Shown: piece after piece, positions 30,930 to 43,375 of the stretch
How positions within the stretch are numbered: the first letter of the stretch is position 1
How the letters are laid out: each line of letters starts with the position of its first letter
Assembly: GCA_937625935.1 (NCBI GenBank)
Contig: OW569360.1
Span: forward strand, 248,001-312,000
Origin: Tetramitus jugosus
Lineage: Eukaryota; Protista; Heterolobosea
Reading direction: 5' to 3'
DNA length: 64,000 bases
Translations under genes and position numbers: made by a program
Notes under the pieces: generated by a model
Databases searched by the model: none
The model's input: only the letters and a program-made list of their open reading frames with translations
Told to the model about the DNA's origin: nothing

Positions 30930-33900
30930 ATGTTCAAACAGTTGATTGAAAATGTCATGGGACAGCATGGAATTTCGCTCTCTCATCAGAAAGAATCAAC
31001 ATTTAACAACAACAATCATAGCAACGATGACAGCTGGACTCTAAAAATTGGAGATCAAATCTCATTGTGGGCCGAGACAAATGATGATGGAATTCCGGTC
31101 AATGTTTTCCTGTCGGCCAGCGGTGTCTCCTCTCAGCACATTCAAGTGAGTGGAATAGTGGCCGGGAAACACGACACACCCAGTAATTTCAAAGGTAAGC
31201 AAAATTTCACGAGGAACACCAAATATCGTACGATGTTTTTAAGTCTGTTTTTTGATGACGTCGTATACGTTGTGTGCATTGGATAATGACATTTGATATG
31301 TTTCTTTGTTTGTTGAATTAAATATATGATGCTTGTTTCACATGCGTGTATTGCAATATATTCAAGAGTGCGTTTTTGTTGTGCATTGTCAGAATCAGTA
31401 CACTGCCGCGACACGATATCAGAAGAAGCTCGAAATTGTCGGTGATCACGAAAAGAAGGAATCGACAACAGCGCTGTTCAAAAAGAAGAAGCAACAACTG
31501 AATGCTGCTGCGTCATCGAATCAACTGAAAGCAATTTCAACAGATGAAGGATCAAGCGACTTATCCAATGACAAGGATGACTTGGAAGATTTGAATCATC
31601 TGAGAATCAAGAGGGACAACGAAGTGATGCAGAATAAAATTGAATCAGAGAGACAAGTAGGAAAAGAAGTTCTCTATGGACAACCGATTCAACTCTTGCA
31701 TCTCAAGAGCAACAAGTTTCTAACTGCAGCCAGAGACAGTGCACAATTGCAGAAGGACTGTGTTCGATTGACATTGGATGAGAATGGAAATATGAGCAGC
31801 ATATTTTATATTGTTCCGACGTACAAGTATCAGATTGAAGGCCAGAGAGTCCTAATCAAAGATCTTGTTTATCTAATGAACCGAAAATCGGCGCAGTATA
31901 TTCACTTGAGTGAACACAAATTTGATTTACAGAGAAATGAAGTGAACATGAGTACCTCTTATTCTAAGTGGCGCATGAGGCTGTTTACTCCCTTTATAGA
32001 CCCGAATATAGCCAGAAGACACTTGAAAGCAGGAGATACTGTTCAACTCTATCATCAGTCATCAGGAGGTTGTTTGGAGGTCGATTTATCGGGATCGAAG
32101 TTCATACAGCTGTGCAAAAGAGATAGTACATTCTGCTCGAATAGTTTATTTGAAATAGAGTTGAGTGATCCATCACGTGGAGGTGTATTGAGCTGGGATA
32201 ACGTATATCGGTTTCGTCACGTCGCAACGAATCAATATCTAAGCATTCGACTTCAAATGGAAGATGATTTTTTGGACTCTCCAACAACTGAGAAGAAGAA
32301 GAAGACAAAGCTTGATGCACAAAGCAACTGGAGGCTTCTGAAACAAAAAATTCTAAAAGACGACATATCATCTCCAGGGACAGATGTGAAATCGCAATCG
32401 AAGGTATATGATTTAGTCGTTGATGATATTAGAGAGTCGAGTTCTCTGTTCACTATCCATCCCCCAAATCCGCTCCCAGGATGTATTCAGCTCGATCATT
32501 TCTTCAGAATATGTCACTATAGCTCTTGTACGTGGATTCGAACAAAGGAATATCAGGCGAGTACTAATCAAGATATATCTCCCACTACTGCAAAATGTAG
32601 AGAAATTGAGTGTGGTACCCAAATGATTGAAGATGATGTATTTCTTGTGAAGTTAGTTCCGCGACCGCTCACTCATGATTTAGCATTCGTGCAAGGAGCA
32701 GCAGCAACGTTGGATTATTTCATAGACAAACTAACTACGGGTACCCCCTATAGCAGAGGCGCGCTGAACAGAGTGAATAAGGCTCTATCCGAGCTGTGCC
32801 TCTTCTGCACAGAATCCAATGTTACAGATCCCATGCAACGTGAGGGTATACCACACACAAACCGTCAGAACTATCTACGAGAACAACTGATTCCTCAAAG
32901 GATCTTCACCATGCTAAGTCATCTGCGGTTTAGTATAGAGGAATTACAAATGGAGAAGTATCTCATGGAGAAGGATATCATCAAACTTTCATACAGATTT
33001 ATTAAGCAGTGCGTGAAGCAACATCCAACTAATGGACTCCACTTGATACCCTATATTAATTTTATTCAATCTCAGCTTTCATTGTCTGGTATTGGTGGTA
33101 TCAATGTATCACAAGCCTTGACTGAACTTCTCTCTAATAACTATTCCCTGTTGAACAGCATATCTCGAGGAGAGATCTCCCTATTTGTGGATCTACTATT
33201 CAATAATTCGCGAAGTTCAGACTACATTGCTTTTCTGAGTGCACTAGCCTGCACTAACGATAAGGCTGTTGTGAAGAATCAAGATATAATTCGAGATATG
33301 TTATTTAATGATGAAGAAAAGATGAAAAGCAAGCTCATTATACCGTACTTGCACGAAGACAAAGTTATGGTTAGTATAGACGGAGAAGTGATTCTTCTGA
33401 CACAATTTATTAATCATGCGCTCTCTGTTGGCTCAAGGGCCAAATATGGAAAGGATCTTCTGCAATATGCCGAAAATACTATCGAGTTATTCTCAAGGTT
33501 GTGTATGGGTCGAAACATGAACTCAATTCAGATCATTTCAAATATCATTGATATTAAGCTCATTGAGAAATGCATTGAAAATCCTGAACTGACACCAACA
33601 CTCAAATCGAGCTTCTGTCGACTTCTTCTCCATTGCTACATTAATCGACCTCCATTTGAACAGCTTCCATTGATCAAACTAACGAGATACCAACACAAAG
33701 AGAAGAAATCAGGGCCCAAAGTTGACGAATCATTTATGAATACCTTACAGCACATCAAAAACTTTATCCTGGGCTTCTTGTTCAACAACAGGAAACTAGA
33801 CAAGGCAAGTTTCGAGTTAAACACTTTTATTCTGAGTATTTTGAATGTCATTAAGTCAATGCTTCAATTTCGGATGATTTCCACAAGGATCGATGTTGGA

Positions 33901-36900
33901 AAACTAATGAAAACTATGCTGATGGTATTAAATGGTAGAGATGATGTATTTTACCAGTCTGAAATGACACCTCGCGAGCGGTTTATTAAGGATGAAAACA
34001 ACTCTATCATTACTGCTATCAAGCTTGAAATATGTAAGATATTTAATCTCCTCATAGACCACAGCATTAACAAAAAGATATCGTACGTCGTCAAGAGTTT
34101 GATGAGTGAAATTCAAGAAAAGAAGAGATTGGACGTTACTATTACCGACGAAAAGATATTTGATCCGGTACTTAAAAATCTGTGGCTTGAAGACAAGAGC
34201 AAGCACAGCACGCACTTAGATAAGGAGAAATTTACAGGAGAATTGTTTGCTGTGCTTCAGGACCTCCAAAACTATGAGAATCACACTCTAGCGAGCAGTG
34301 CACTAAATCTTCTGTTTCGTATCCATAACAGGAAGGAAGAATTGAGTGGCTTTCTCTTGAGAATTGAGATGTTAGTCTCTCGGGCTATGGTTGTTAGTTA
34401 CAATGAGCTCAACAATAATACTTCAAAATTACGAAATCTTATCGTTAGAGAAGGAGCACTTACGATAGAGGGTAGTGATGTGCAGAGAGCGAAACAACTT
34501 ATGGAGAGTCTCTGTAATGAAGCCGTTGCCACTGGTCGAAGAGCTCAACGTATCATGAGAAATCTGAAGGTTCATAGACTGGCACTAGAAACCCTTGATC
34601 GAAACTTCTATGACCCAGAGAGTAGAGAAATACTTTGGACATGGGCTATCCGTATTCTAACAGAATTTGTTCGAAATAATCCAGAAAACCAAAAGGTCAT
34701 CTACCCGTACTTGGAAAGTTTCTTTGCTAAACTTAGTCTTCCAGAAACCTGCAATCTATTGAGTGAAATTGTTCGAGAGAATCATTCCTTATGCGCATCC
34801 ATTGAAGAAAAGACTATCAGAAGTTATGTCCATGCAATGACCGAGCAGACACAACTCTGTCCACGTTTCTTAAAATTTCTTCGAACAATCATGCTTGTGG
34901 ATCGAAAACCTCTGAAAAAGAACCAAACATTTGTCATTAACAATCTGGTCCAACGTGAGAAAGATGTTATTGTGCTATTCTCGGGTAAAGCAGGAGGCAG
35001 AGAACTGAAGAAGCGGATTGAAAAGAAGGAGCACATTACAGAGCCGCAAGGTATCTTGAACTATCATATCGAACTCCTTTACTTGTTCTGTGATTGTGCT
35101 GCTGGTGCGAGTCACGTTGCTGAAGTCAAACTTCAATCTCTGTTGAGCATTGATATTGTGATGGAGCATCTTACTGACCCAGATCTTACCCCAGCAATCA
35201 GAAATCCCCTCATTCGTTTCCTAAATGAAGTATACATCAACACAGAAAAAGAGGTTTCTCTCTTTGCTGCCAATACTGCCGAGAAAATGTGGGTACTAAT
35301 CAACATGATGCAATTAGAGATACGGTCTTTTGTTTCAAGAACTGGAAAACCAAAGATTTCTCGCGAATTACCATTGACAGAATCAACAAGTACTGCTCTC
35401 TCATCAAATATTGATGATCTGTTTGTTGATTCGATTCGAGAGGTTGATACCCAGTATATTTATCAGGTGATTCTGCCGTTCATCTATATGTACTATGCAA
35501 AGCATTTTGGTAAGAGTTTCTCATTCCAAAAGCACCATGAGGCTGTTTGTATGAAGCTCCTCGAGGTACTCAGGCTCCTTTATCAACAAACTGCTCACCC
35601 TGACCAAAGAGTAGCAATTCAGAAATGTGCTGAAGCTATGTATAAGAAACCTCTAAATGTGGCCAATTGTTCAAAGGAGATAAGCGACTTCATTAGGATC
35701 AAAATTCAATCGCAAAAATCCAAAATGAATACAGAGTTTGAGAGAAGAGTAGACCGTATTCTAGATGAGAGAGATGAACAATTGTGCAGAGCACTTTATG
35801 CTCACTTGATGCAATTAGAATCACTTTTGATTAAGGACTCAGATATTGTGAAAGCTAGCCGAATTTTCCACAATGAAGCAGATCTGAAAAATTTAGTGTA
35901 TGTGCTCCGAACAAATAATCAACTCGGATTTGGTGAGCATACTGAAACAACAATGGTCAATTGTCTTAGGGTATTGCAAATTGTGATTCGAGATGTTATT
36001 GATAACCAAACGGGTCAGAATCAAAAGAACATGGCAATAATAACTGATCTTCTTCAGAAAATGCTTCGAGTCGACTGCCATATGTTGGTGATAGAACTAA
36101 TTTGTTGCTCTAAGAACAAAATTGTGAAAGAAGCACTTAATCTAGGTGTACTTCTCTTATTTGAGGGGAATAATATGGTACAAAACAAATTTCTTCAGGC
36201 ATTCATGGAAACTGACAGTGACTTATTCTTTATTTCACTTAGAGACCGTATTCGCTATGCAATCAAGGAGATTAAAATAAGAAGAGATATACTTAAAAAG
36301 AGTCGCGCTCGCCAGCAGGCCTTAAATGAAACCAGAATTATTCACCACGGTCCAAAGCAAAGCCAGGAAGAAACTATATTTGTGGAATCAGGATTCATTA
36401 TTGAAATATTGCGATTCCTTCAATTGTTAACTGAAGGACACAACTTAGCAATGCAAGAGTACTTAAATACTCAAATATTTGGAAACACGTCCATCAATTT
36501 AATTGATGAATGCTTACAATATCTACTGGCACTTGAAGACTACATTGATTCTAGTACAATTCCAATTGCAATCCAATGTTTCGAAACATTGACCGAATTT
36601 ATTCAAGGACCTTGCAATATGAATCAAACTGACATTGGAATGAACTCAAAATTCTACCTGATGATAGATGGACTTCTACAAGACGAATTCAATAATCATC
36701 CCATCCTGTCGATCGATGTGCTCAAACTTCAGAAAAAGGCCGTTATGACACTCATCTCTATGCTCGAAGGCCATACCAATGTACACCTGTACATGCTGAT
36801 GAGAAACTGTATCCCTATCAACACACTTAAATCTGCTTTGCTTCAAGCAGCCATGTGTAGATCAGGAATGAACGATGATATGCTACAATCTCGAGTGTAC

Positions 36901-38625
36901 AAGGAGCACCAAGCTATTAAACAGGATCAGCAAGCTATCCACTTGAATAAGCGCGAAGTAGTAACCAAGCTGAAAAAGAAGTATGAAGGCCTCGGTGTTT
37001 CTCTCTACATTCTATTGCGTACCCTAATGGATAAGCAGCTCTCAATCAATGAGAAGGTGGATGATGACCTTCACACATGGTTCAACTCAAACAACAATAC
37101 CCTATCCTATTTCAAGTCTGCAGTCGCACGGATAGAAGTATCCAGAAGTAATCAACTGGAAAGACTGTACTTTGTCAAACCAGATATTAGCAGCAATTTG
37201 ATCGAATCAACAAAACGAGCATTTCTTTATGAATGTGATCGAGATTCACCTCAAATCAAACACCGTGAGCTATTCGAAGCAACAAATAAGTTCCGTATTG
37301 AGATGGAACACTATGATGTATTCAAATGGAACTCAATCTCTCAAGCGAACGCCTTCCTCCTCAACTCATTCAAGGTGGTCATCTGGAGTTTTATGGAAAA
37401 ATATTTTGGAGAGTTTAAGCTATTTGTATTCCTCATCTCTCTGCTCTTGAATATAATATTTTGTTGTGGGTGGAAGCAAATGCATGATATAGAGGCATTT
37501 GAAGTTCTAGTTCCAGGCTCCTCAGTCACATCAACATCAGAACTGACCGGTGGATACACATACAGACAGTTTGAGATAGCAATATTTGCCCTCGGAATAG
37601 TGCAGATCCTTCTATCGTTGACTGTGTTTGTAGTGCATGTCTCCTTTTTCGCACAACTCAAAATCAAGAAGCAATTCGATATTGGAAGGACTCAGAAGTG
37701 GTCTGATCTCGAGTGGAACTGGCAATTTGTTTCAAATTACATCTATTTCTCCCTTGCAGATAGAGACTTTTGGTGGTATGTGATCCATCTAGCGATCTGC
37801 ATTATAGGATGGGCTGTGACACCTGCAGTGTATTGTCTGTTACTATTTGAAGTTGCTCTGAGATCACAAAGCTTGGTCAATGTTTTAAATGCCGTCAGAC
37901 TGAACATGAAGCAGCTAATTTTGACTGGTGTTCTCATGTCCTTTGCTGTTCTTTTCTTTGTTGTACTGTACTTTGTTTACAAGCATCACGCCTACTACAG
38001 TATAGGAAAGGAAGGACAACCGCTACATTCGTGCGAATCCATGTGGAGATGTGTTCAGTCTTATATGTATTTCACTCTGAGAAGCGAGGGCATGCCTGAA
38101 GGTGGTAATTATCTTAATATGCCAATCTATATCGACTTTCCCAGATCCATTATTGATGTAACCTACACATTTATTGTGCCGATTGTGCTGATGGAAATTG
38201 TCTTTGGTGTGATCCTTGACTCATTTGCCGAGCTGAGAAAGGAGAGAGAAGAAAAGGAATTGTTAATCCAAACGAGATGTTTCATCTGTGATATTGAGAA
38301 GCAGAGATTCGACATGAGAGCAAACGAAAATATTACTTTCGTGGGACACACGAAGCACGACCACAACATGTGGAACTATGTCTTCTTCCTCATTTATCTC
38401 TTCTCCAAAGATTATACGAAGTTCACTGGTACTGAGCACTACATTTTCAACCTTGCACGCAAAGAAGATACAAGTTTCTTCCCTTGTTTGAGATCTCTCA
38501 CATTAGAAGAATCAGATCTAAGACTACGAAGAAGAAACAAGTTGCAAGGAGATCAAAAGAAGGACAAAGCAGAGGTGAAGAAACATAAGAAACAAAAAAC
38601 AGGACAAGACGACAAGGATCAATAA
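30930..38625 (+). CDS. IP3 receptor/ryanodine receptor superfamily Ca2+-release channel-like protein; intron 31195..31366
   Basis: LKIGDQISLW, spliced PSNFKECVF, VLYGQPIQLLHLKSNKFL, YRFRHVATNQYL (MIR), ILRFLQLLTEGHN, LTEFIQGPC, six TM segments, FGVILDSFAELR, CFIC and HNMWNY. Confidence 0.93.
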
Positions 38626-38626
38626 A

Positions 38627-41600
38627 TCAACTTTCGTGTTTATCTGCATCAATAACTGTTCCAGTCACGAGTGGAATTGATTCTATCGGTGATAACCGCC
38701 TCCTCTTCTCAGATGGATCATCTTCATTCGAACATTCACCCGCATTTCTGTCCCATAAAGTCTGATGCGACCGCTTTTGTGGGGATGAACCCTTTCCATT
38801 GAATTGGATTACGAGTGGATGATTTTGATGATTCTTTGTTTCGTCGGTGTTGCTCTCTTCTTTCGCTATAAAATCATCATCCTCTTCCTCCTCTTTCTTT
38901 CCCTTTCCGTGCGCTAGAGAATGAAAATATGCCTCTTCATCAGCTATCTCCATGCCCGAATCTGCAGTTCCTTGCTCCCCGACAGCTTCAGTTGTATTGC
39001 TCTGCTCCTCATCGCTCTCATCAAAATATGATTCATCTTGATCACTCTTTAACTCAGCAATCACCTTTGGCTCGTGAACTACAGCGTCAGATGATTCATT
39101 TTCACTCTGCAAAGATATAAGCGCTTGAAAAGTTTCTACATAATCGACTTTCTCAAAATCGGTTCGATAGTTTGTTACCACGTACTTGATCAATCGCTTT
39201 ACATTCTCCTTACAAATAAAATCGAAGAGATGAATGATTGCAGAGTTAATTAGATTGTACTTATCTGCATTTTGTCTCCACACTTTCATAATATAATCAA
39301 ACAAATTGTGCCTGATGATATAGCTATTGTAGAATACATCATGGAGCGAAATGCACACTCTAAAGAACCGTATGATTGCTACAATAATTGTGATATTCGG
39401 AGTTAGCCTCAATACATTACATAACACGAAGAATTATTCTGAAGGAATTCTTACCTAAAATGAGATCTTTCTGCGTTTCTGTTTCCAATAGCCACAACGC
39501 CTTTTTCAAAATATTATTGTTTGTTATAAAGCGCTTACTCATGTACGCATGATTTTGTACAGTAAATGAAAATATCTCCAACACATGAATCTTTGCCGAT
39601 GTCGAATATTGATCTGGGTGCATCAAGGGAGACATCAACAGAGCCATTGATCGCTCCGAATAAAACATTTTTAGCACCACATCCTTCTTGTCCATCATAA
39701 TACCAGGATCAAGAATATTTTTGAGAACATCAGTGAGAGAATCCTGAATTCCCAGCTCTACCTCATCAACGATTCCATGAATAATTGATTCTAACAACGT
39801 GGAACCACCGTTATTCTCAGAAATAACTGGCTCTTGATCGGCTATATATGTCCGAATTAATACAGGGTCGCTCGCCAACAGCGAAGTTAGCAGTTCAGCA
39901 CTAATGTATGATATCAGTACATAAATCCAAGGTTAATGTCAAACAAATCAATTGCAACATGTGAAACAAAATCTTAACTAATATTCAGCAGCAATCCACA
40001 CATACCATATATGACGAACAATCTCATCACTAGATCTGAGTTTTGATTCAATCACTTGCAATAAGCCATTGCTAGTCAGCTTCAAAAATACCTCACTTCT
40101 GATTCCAACACATGACCTCAGAAGTAAGTTGTACTCTTGCAGGAATTTGATTGCATCCCTCAACTCTTCTGGCTTTGTATCATTTGATCTGATCAGTGAA
40201 AATAGATTACCCAGGAATTCACCATCATCCTTTATCGCATTTACAATCGCTGCATTATTTGAATTGATCAATTGATTCAAGGCTGCAAAAGTAGTGTCAT
40301 CCAACACTCTCGGCAGCACAGTATCCTTTAGATATTGAACTTGAAAAGTCTGATGAATCTTGTCGACGATAGACCGATCAGCAAAAGGAATCACCTCCTT
40401 AAATACGACTACTCTTTGCAAATAATCTCGATGGTTTGCTTTCTGAACAGGAAGACTCGGATCGTACTCCAAAATACCCATCAACCGTATGACATTTTCC
40501 TTATCAAACAACACTCTCAACACTTGTTGACTATCCAATGAGACTAAAGGAGAGATACATCATGTGAATGTTGGTAAGAGAATATAACCTTCCATACACA
40601 AAAGAAACCAAGTGATACATACTCAGCAATTTAAATATAATGAATAGGACTCTTAATGAATCAACATCTTCCATCTCCTCTGCTCGATCAAACACTCGAA
40701 AATACTTTTCCAAAAAAGTTGGTTCCAGCACAGACTTGACCAGAGAGGCACCACCACAATCTTGCATCATTTTAAAAATGGTGGCCAAATTGCCCAATTC
40801 AGGATCAGGTAGCTCAGCAGGCACCACATTTTCATCGTCTTCATCCATTCCGTGATGATTCTCTCTTCGCGCTTCATCAAATTGCATTGCAATAATGTCT
40901 TTGCTATCGGGTTCTCTGCCCTGTATCGTTCGAATCTCGTCCCACACTTGTTGACAACCTTCGCTCTCTTGGAAGCTCAGTGCCATGTCTACAGAGAGCT
41001 CAGCATCATTCCACACGATGAGCGACTCGCCCTGTAAGTGATAGATATCGTCTTGCGAAATGACTGACTCCAGCAGTTTTGCATTGTCTGTTTCTGATAT
41101 CATCACTAGACACATTTCTTCCTTTTCCTATTATTGGTGCATAAGTGTCGAAGAATATCAATTGAATGGCAGACACACAACAAGAAAGAGTAGAGTTGAG
41201 AGAGAGAGAGATTGTGTGTGAGTAAATTCGTGTTTGTCATTCGATTATTTGCATGCAAGAAAAGCTTCACACATGTCACCACAGCAAAAAAAAACAAGAG
41301 GAAAATTTGTGTGTTGAGGATATTAAAAAATGAGATGATGGATCTAACCTTGATGAAATCACAGGATACGTGACCTGTTCCCTGATCGTCCCATTTACCA
41401 TTATCGCCCAAAAAATACAGTTTTACACGACGCATCACACTCTTCTCAACATGATACTCTGTTGTATCATGTTTTCTGGATGATGATGATATGTTTGATG
41501 TGTCAGAATCATCATCATGATCATACAGATCATCGTTGTCAGTTGTTGTTGTTGTTGTAGTACTAGTAGTAGTAGTCGACATTGTGGTCATTGTGTTGTG

Positions 41601-41810
41601 TTCGTTGGACTGACTTTCGTCATCACCTGTTGACTTTAGTTGTTGGTTGTTTGACCGTGTTTGGTCCTCTTCTTCATGACTGCTATCAGTTTCATTTTGT
41701 TGTTGTTTTTCTTGTTCTGTTGTTATGGTCACATGGTTGTTGTTGTCTTCATTCGTGTTTTGTTGTTCGCTATCGTGCATCTGTAGTTCATCATCCTTGT
41801 TATTACTCAT
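38627..41810 (-). CDS. PPP4R3: Protein phosphatase 4 regulatory subunit 3 (SMEK/Psy2); exons 41810-41349, 41127-40623, 40543-40006, 39900-39455, 39378-38627
   Basis: RRVKLYFL...WDDQGTGHVSC, LIVWND, MALSFQESEGC, GILEYDP, KIHQTFQVQYLKDTVL and YNLINSAI. Four GT..AG introns restore a single reading frame. Confidence 0.92.
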
Positions 41811-42021
41811 GCTTGATACAAAAACAACAATAATTTGTGGAATGGTGATTTGTGATGATGTGCAACCGTTTCTGATGATGGAGCTTTAATTCGACTGTTT
41901 GTTCGAATTTTTCGTTAGGAAATTTAAAAATGGAGAATTAGATGATGACATCAAAAAAACAACAACGATTTTACACAGCATATTTTAGCAAGAATGTTTA
42001 TTGCAATAAGCGAAAAAATAT

Positions 42022-42390
42022 TTAGTCGCAGATGGTAACTTCGACTTCAACGTTAGCTTCCATATTGATAGATGTGATGTCCTTGACGGTAGAAGCGCTC
42101 AAGTTGTGCAAATCGATGAGTCTCTTGTGGACTCTCATCTCGAAACGGTCCCAAGTGTTGGTACCCTCACCGCAAGGTGACTTTCTAGTGACGATTCTCA
42201 AAACCTTTGTTGGGAGTCTGACTGGGCCCTTAACTCTCAATTGCTTGTTCTTAGCTTCTCTAACAAGATCAGCACAGACTCTTTCCAAAGCCTTGTGGTC
42301 TCTTCCGGAGAGAGTGATTCTGAGTTTCTTGATAAGGGCTTCTTGTGGTTGTTCAGCTTCAGTTGCTTGCTTTTTGACGAAGTTGCTCAT
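42022..42390 (-). CDS. RPS20: 40S ribosomal protein S20 (uS10)
   Basis: [42 protein letters not shown]. Confidence 0.98.
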   Translation of the reverse strand: MSNFVKKQATEAEQPQEALIKKLRITLSGRDHKALERVCADLVREAKNKQLRVKGPVRLPTKVLRIVTRKSPCGEGTNTWDRFEMRVHKRLIDLHNLSASTVKDITSINMEANVEVEVTICD

Positions 42391-42391
42391 T

Positions 42392-42522
42392 CTATTATAA
42401 TATCACATAGTAACGACAATATTGAAAGAAGCGAATTAGAATCGTGATCATTTGAGTGTGGTGACATATTTATTCATCATCATTTCGTTCATGTCACAGT
42501 GTGAAAGTCCATCGGTACATAC
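42392..42522 (-). other. Probable 5'-UTR intron of RPS20, ending 1 nt before the ATG
   Basis: GTATGT donor at 42522, CTAAT branch-like motif, and acceptor ATAATAG followed by A-ATG. Confidence 0.65.
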
Positions 42523-42760
42523 ATGTTGTGTGAGTGCTTGTTATGACTTTGTTTTTTTGTGTTTTTCTCTTTTGTGAGTTTTTCGCAAGTCAACCCAACT
42601 CACCGACTTTACAATGTCGTAGAATTACCAGCATACCCCGATTGTCGGCAAGGTTGCACAAACAAATGATCACTACAACCACTTCCTCTTCTATTGCCTG
42701 AGAAAGTAGCTCCACGATATCTGAACATCACCCAACACCGATCTTGAATTTTATCAAAAA

Positions 42761-43222
42761 ATGGATCCTTTGACACCCATCTTCCGCTCTATTTACTCTG
42801 TCATCCCTGCACCCAATTTGAAGCTCAAGCTTCCTTCGATTTTTGAGAAGGGTCTTCCAAGAATGACGATCTTTGCTCTCATGATTGTATCCTACTTCTT
42901 TGTGCTATCTGGTGTGATTTATGACATAATCAACGAACCACCTTCAGTTGGAAGCGAAAGAGACGACAAGGGTCGCATAAGACCAGTTGTGATCTTGGAG
43001 TACAGAATGAACGCACAATACATGATTGAGGGTTTCAGTGCTGGACTTATGTTTGTCTTGGGAGGATTGGGATTCCTCTTGTCGAATTGGGCTGCTGGTG
43101 CCAACTTTCCTGAGAAGTATCGCTACATGGCGTTCACGCTCGGTGGTTTGCTGATTGTGGGTGCCTACAACATGAATATCACTTTTTTGAAACTAAAGGT
43201 ACCAGGTTATGGCCAGAAGTAA
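42761..43222 (+). CDS. OSTC: Oligosaccharyltransferase subunit OSTC/DC2
   Basis: SYFFVLSGVIYDIINEPPSVGS, RMNAQYMIEG, three TM helices and KLKVPGY. Confidence 0.95.
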   Translation: MDPLTPIFRSIYSVIPAPNLKLKLPSIFEKGLPRMTIFALMIVSYFFVLSGVIYDIINEPPSVGSERDDKGRIRPVVILEYRMNAQYMIEGFSAGLMFVLGGLGFLLSNWAAGANFPEKYRYMAFTLGGLLIVGAYNMNITFLKLKVPGYGQK

Positions 43223-43375
43223 ATAAAATGACATTGTACTTTTTTCGTGTCGCTCAAGGAGTCCTCTTGGCGTTCTCAAAGTTTCCACACAGGCAAAAAT
43301 TCCAGATTGTATATTTTTATTGATAAAGTTATGATGATAGAATATTGTGTGACGGATGTGTGAGGTGCAGGTATC

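Noticed and set aside
41850-41910. tRNA-like GTTCGA and C/D-like words
   Set aside because: No cloverleaf stems and the box spacing is too short. The GTTCGA at 54312 and 57050 likewise lacks a cloverleaf.
42392-42522. Intronic box C/D snoRNA in RPS20
   Set aside because: ATGATGA is present, but there is no downstream CTGA D box within the intron.
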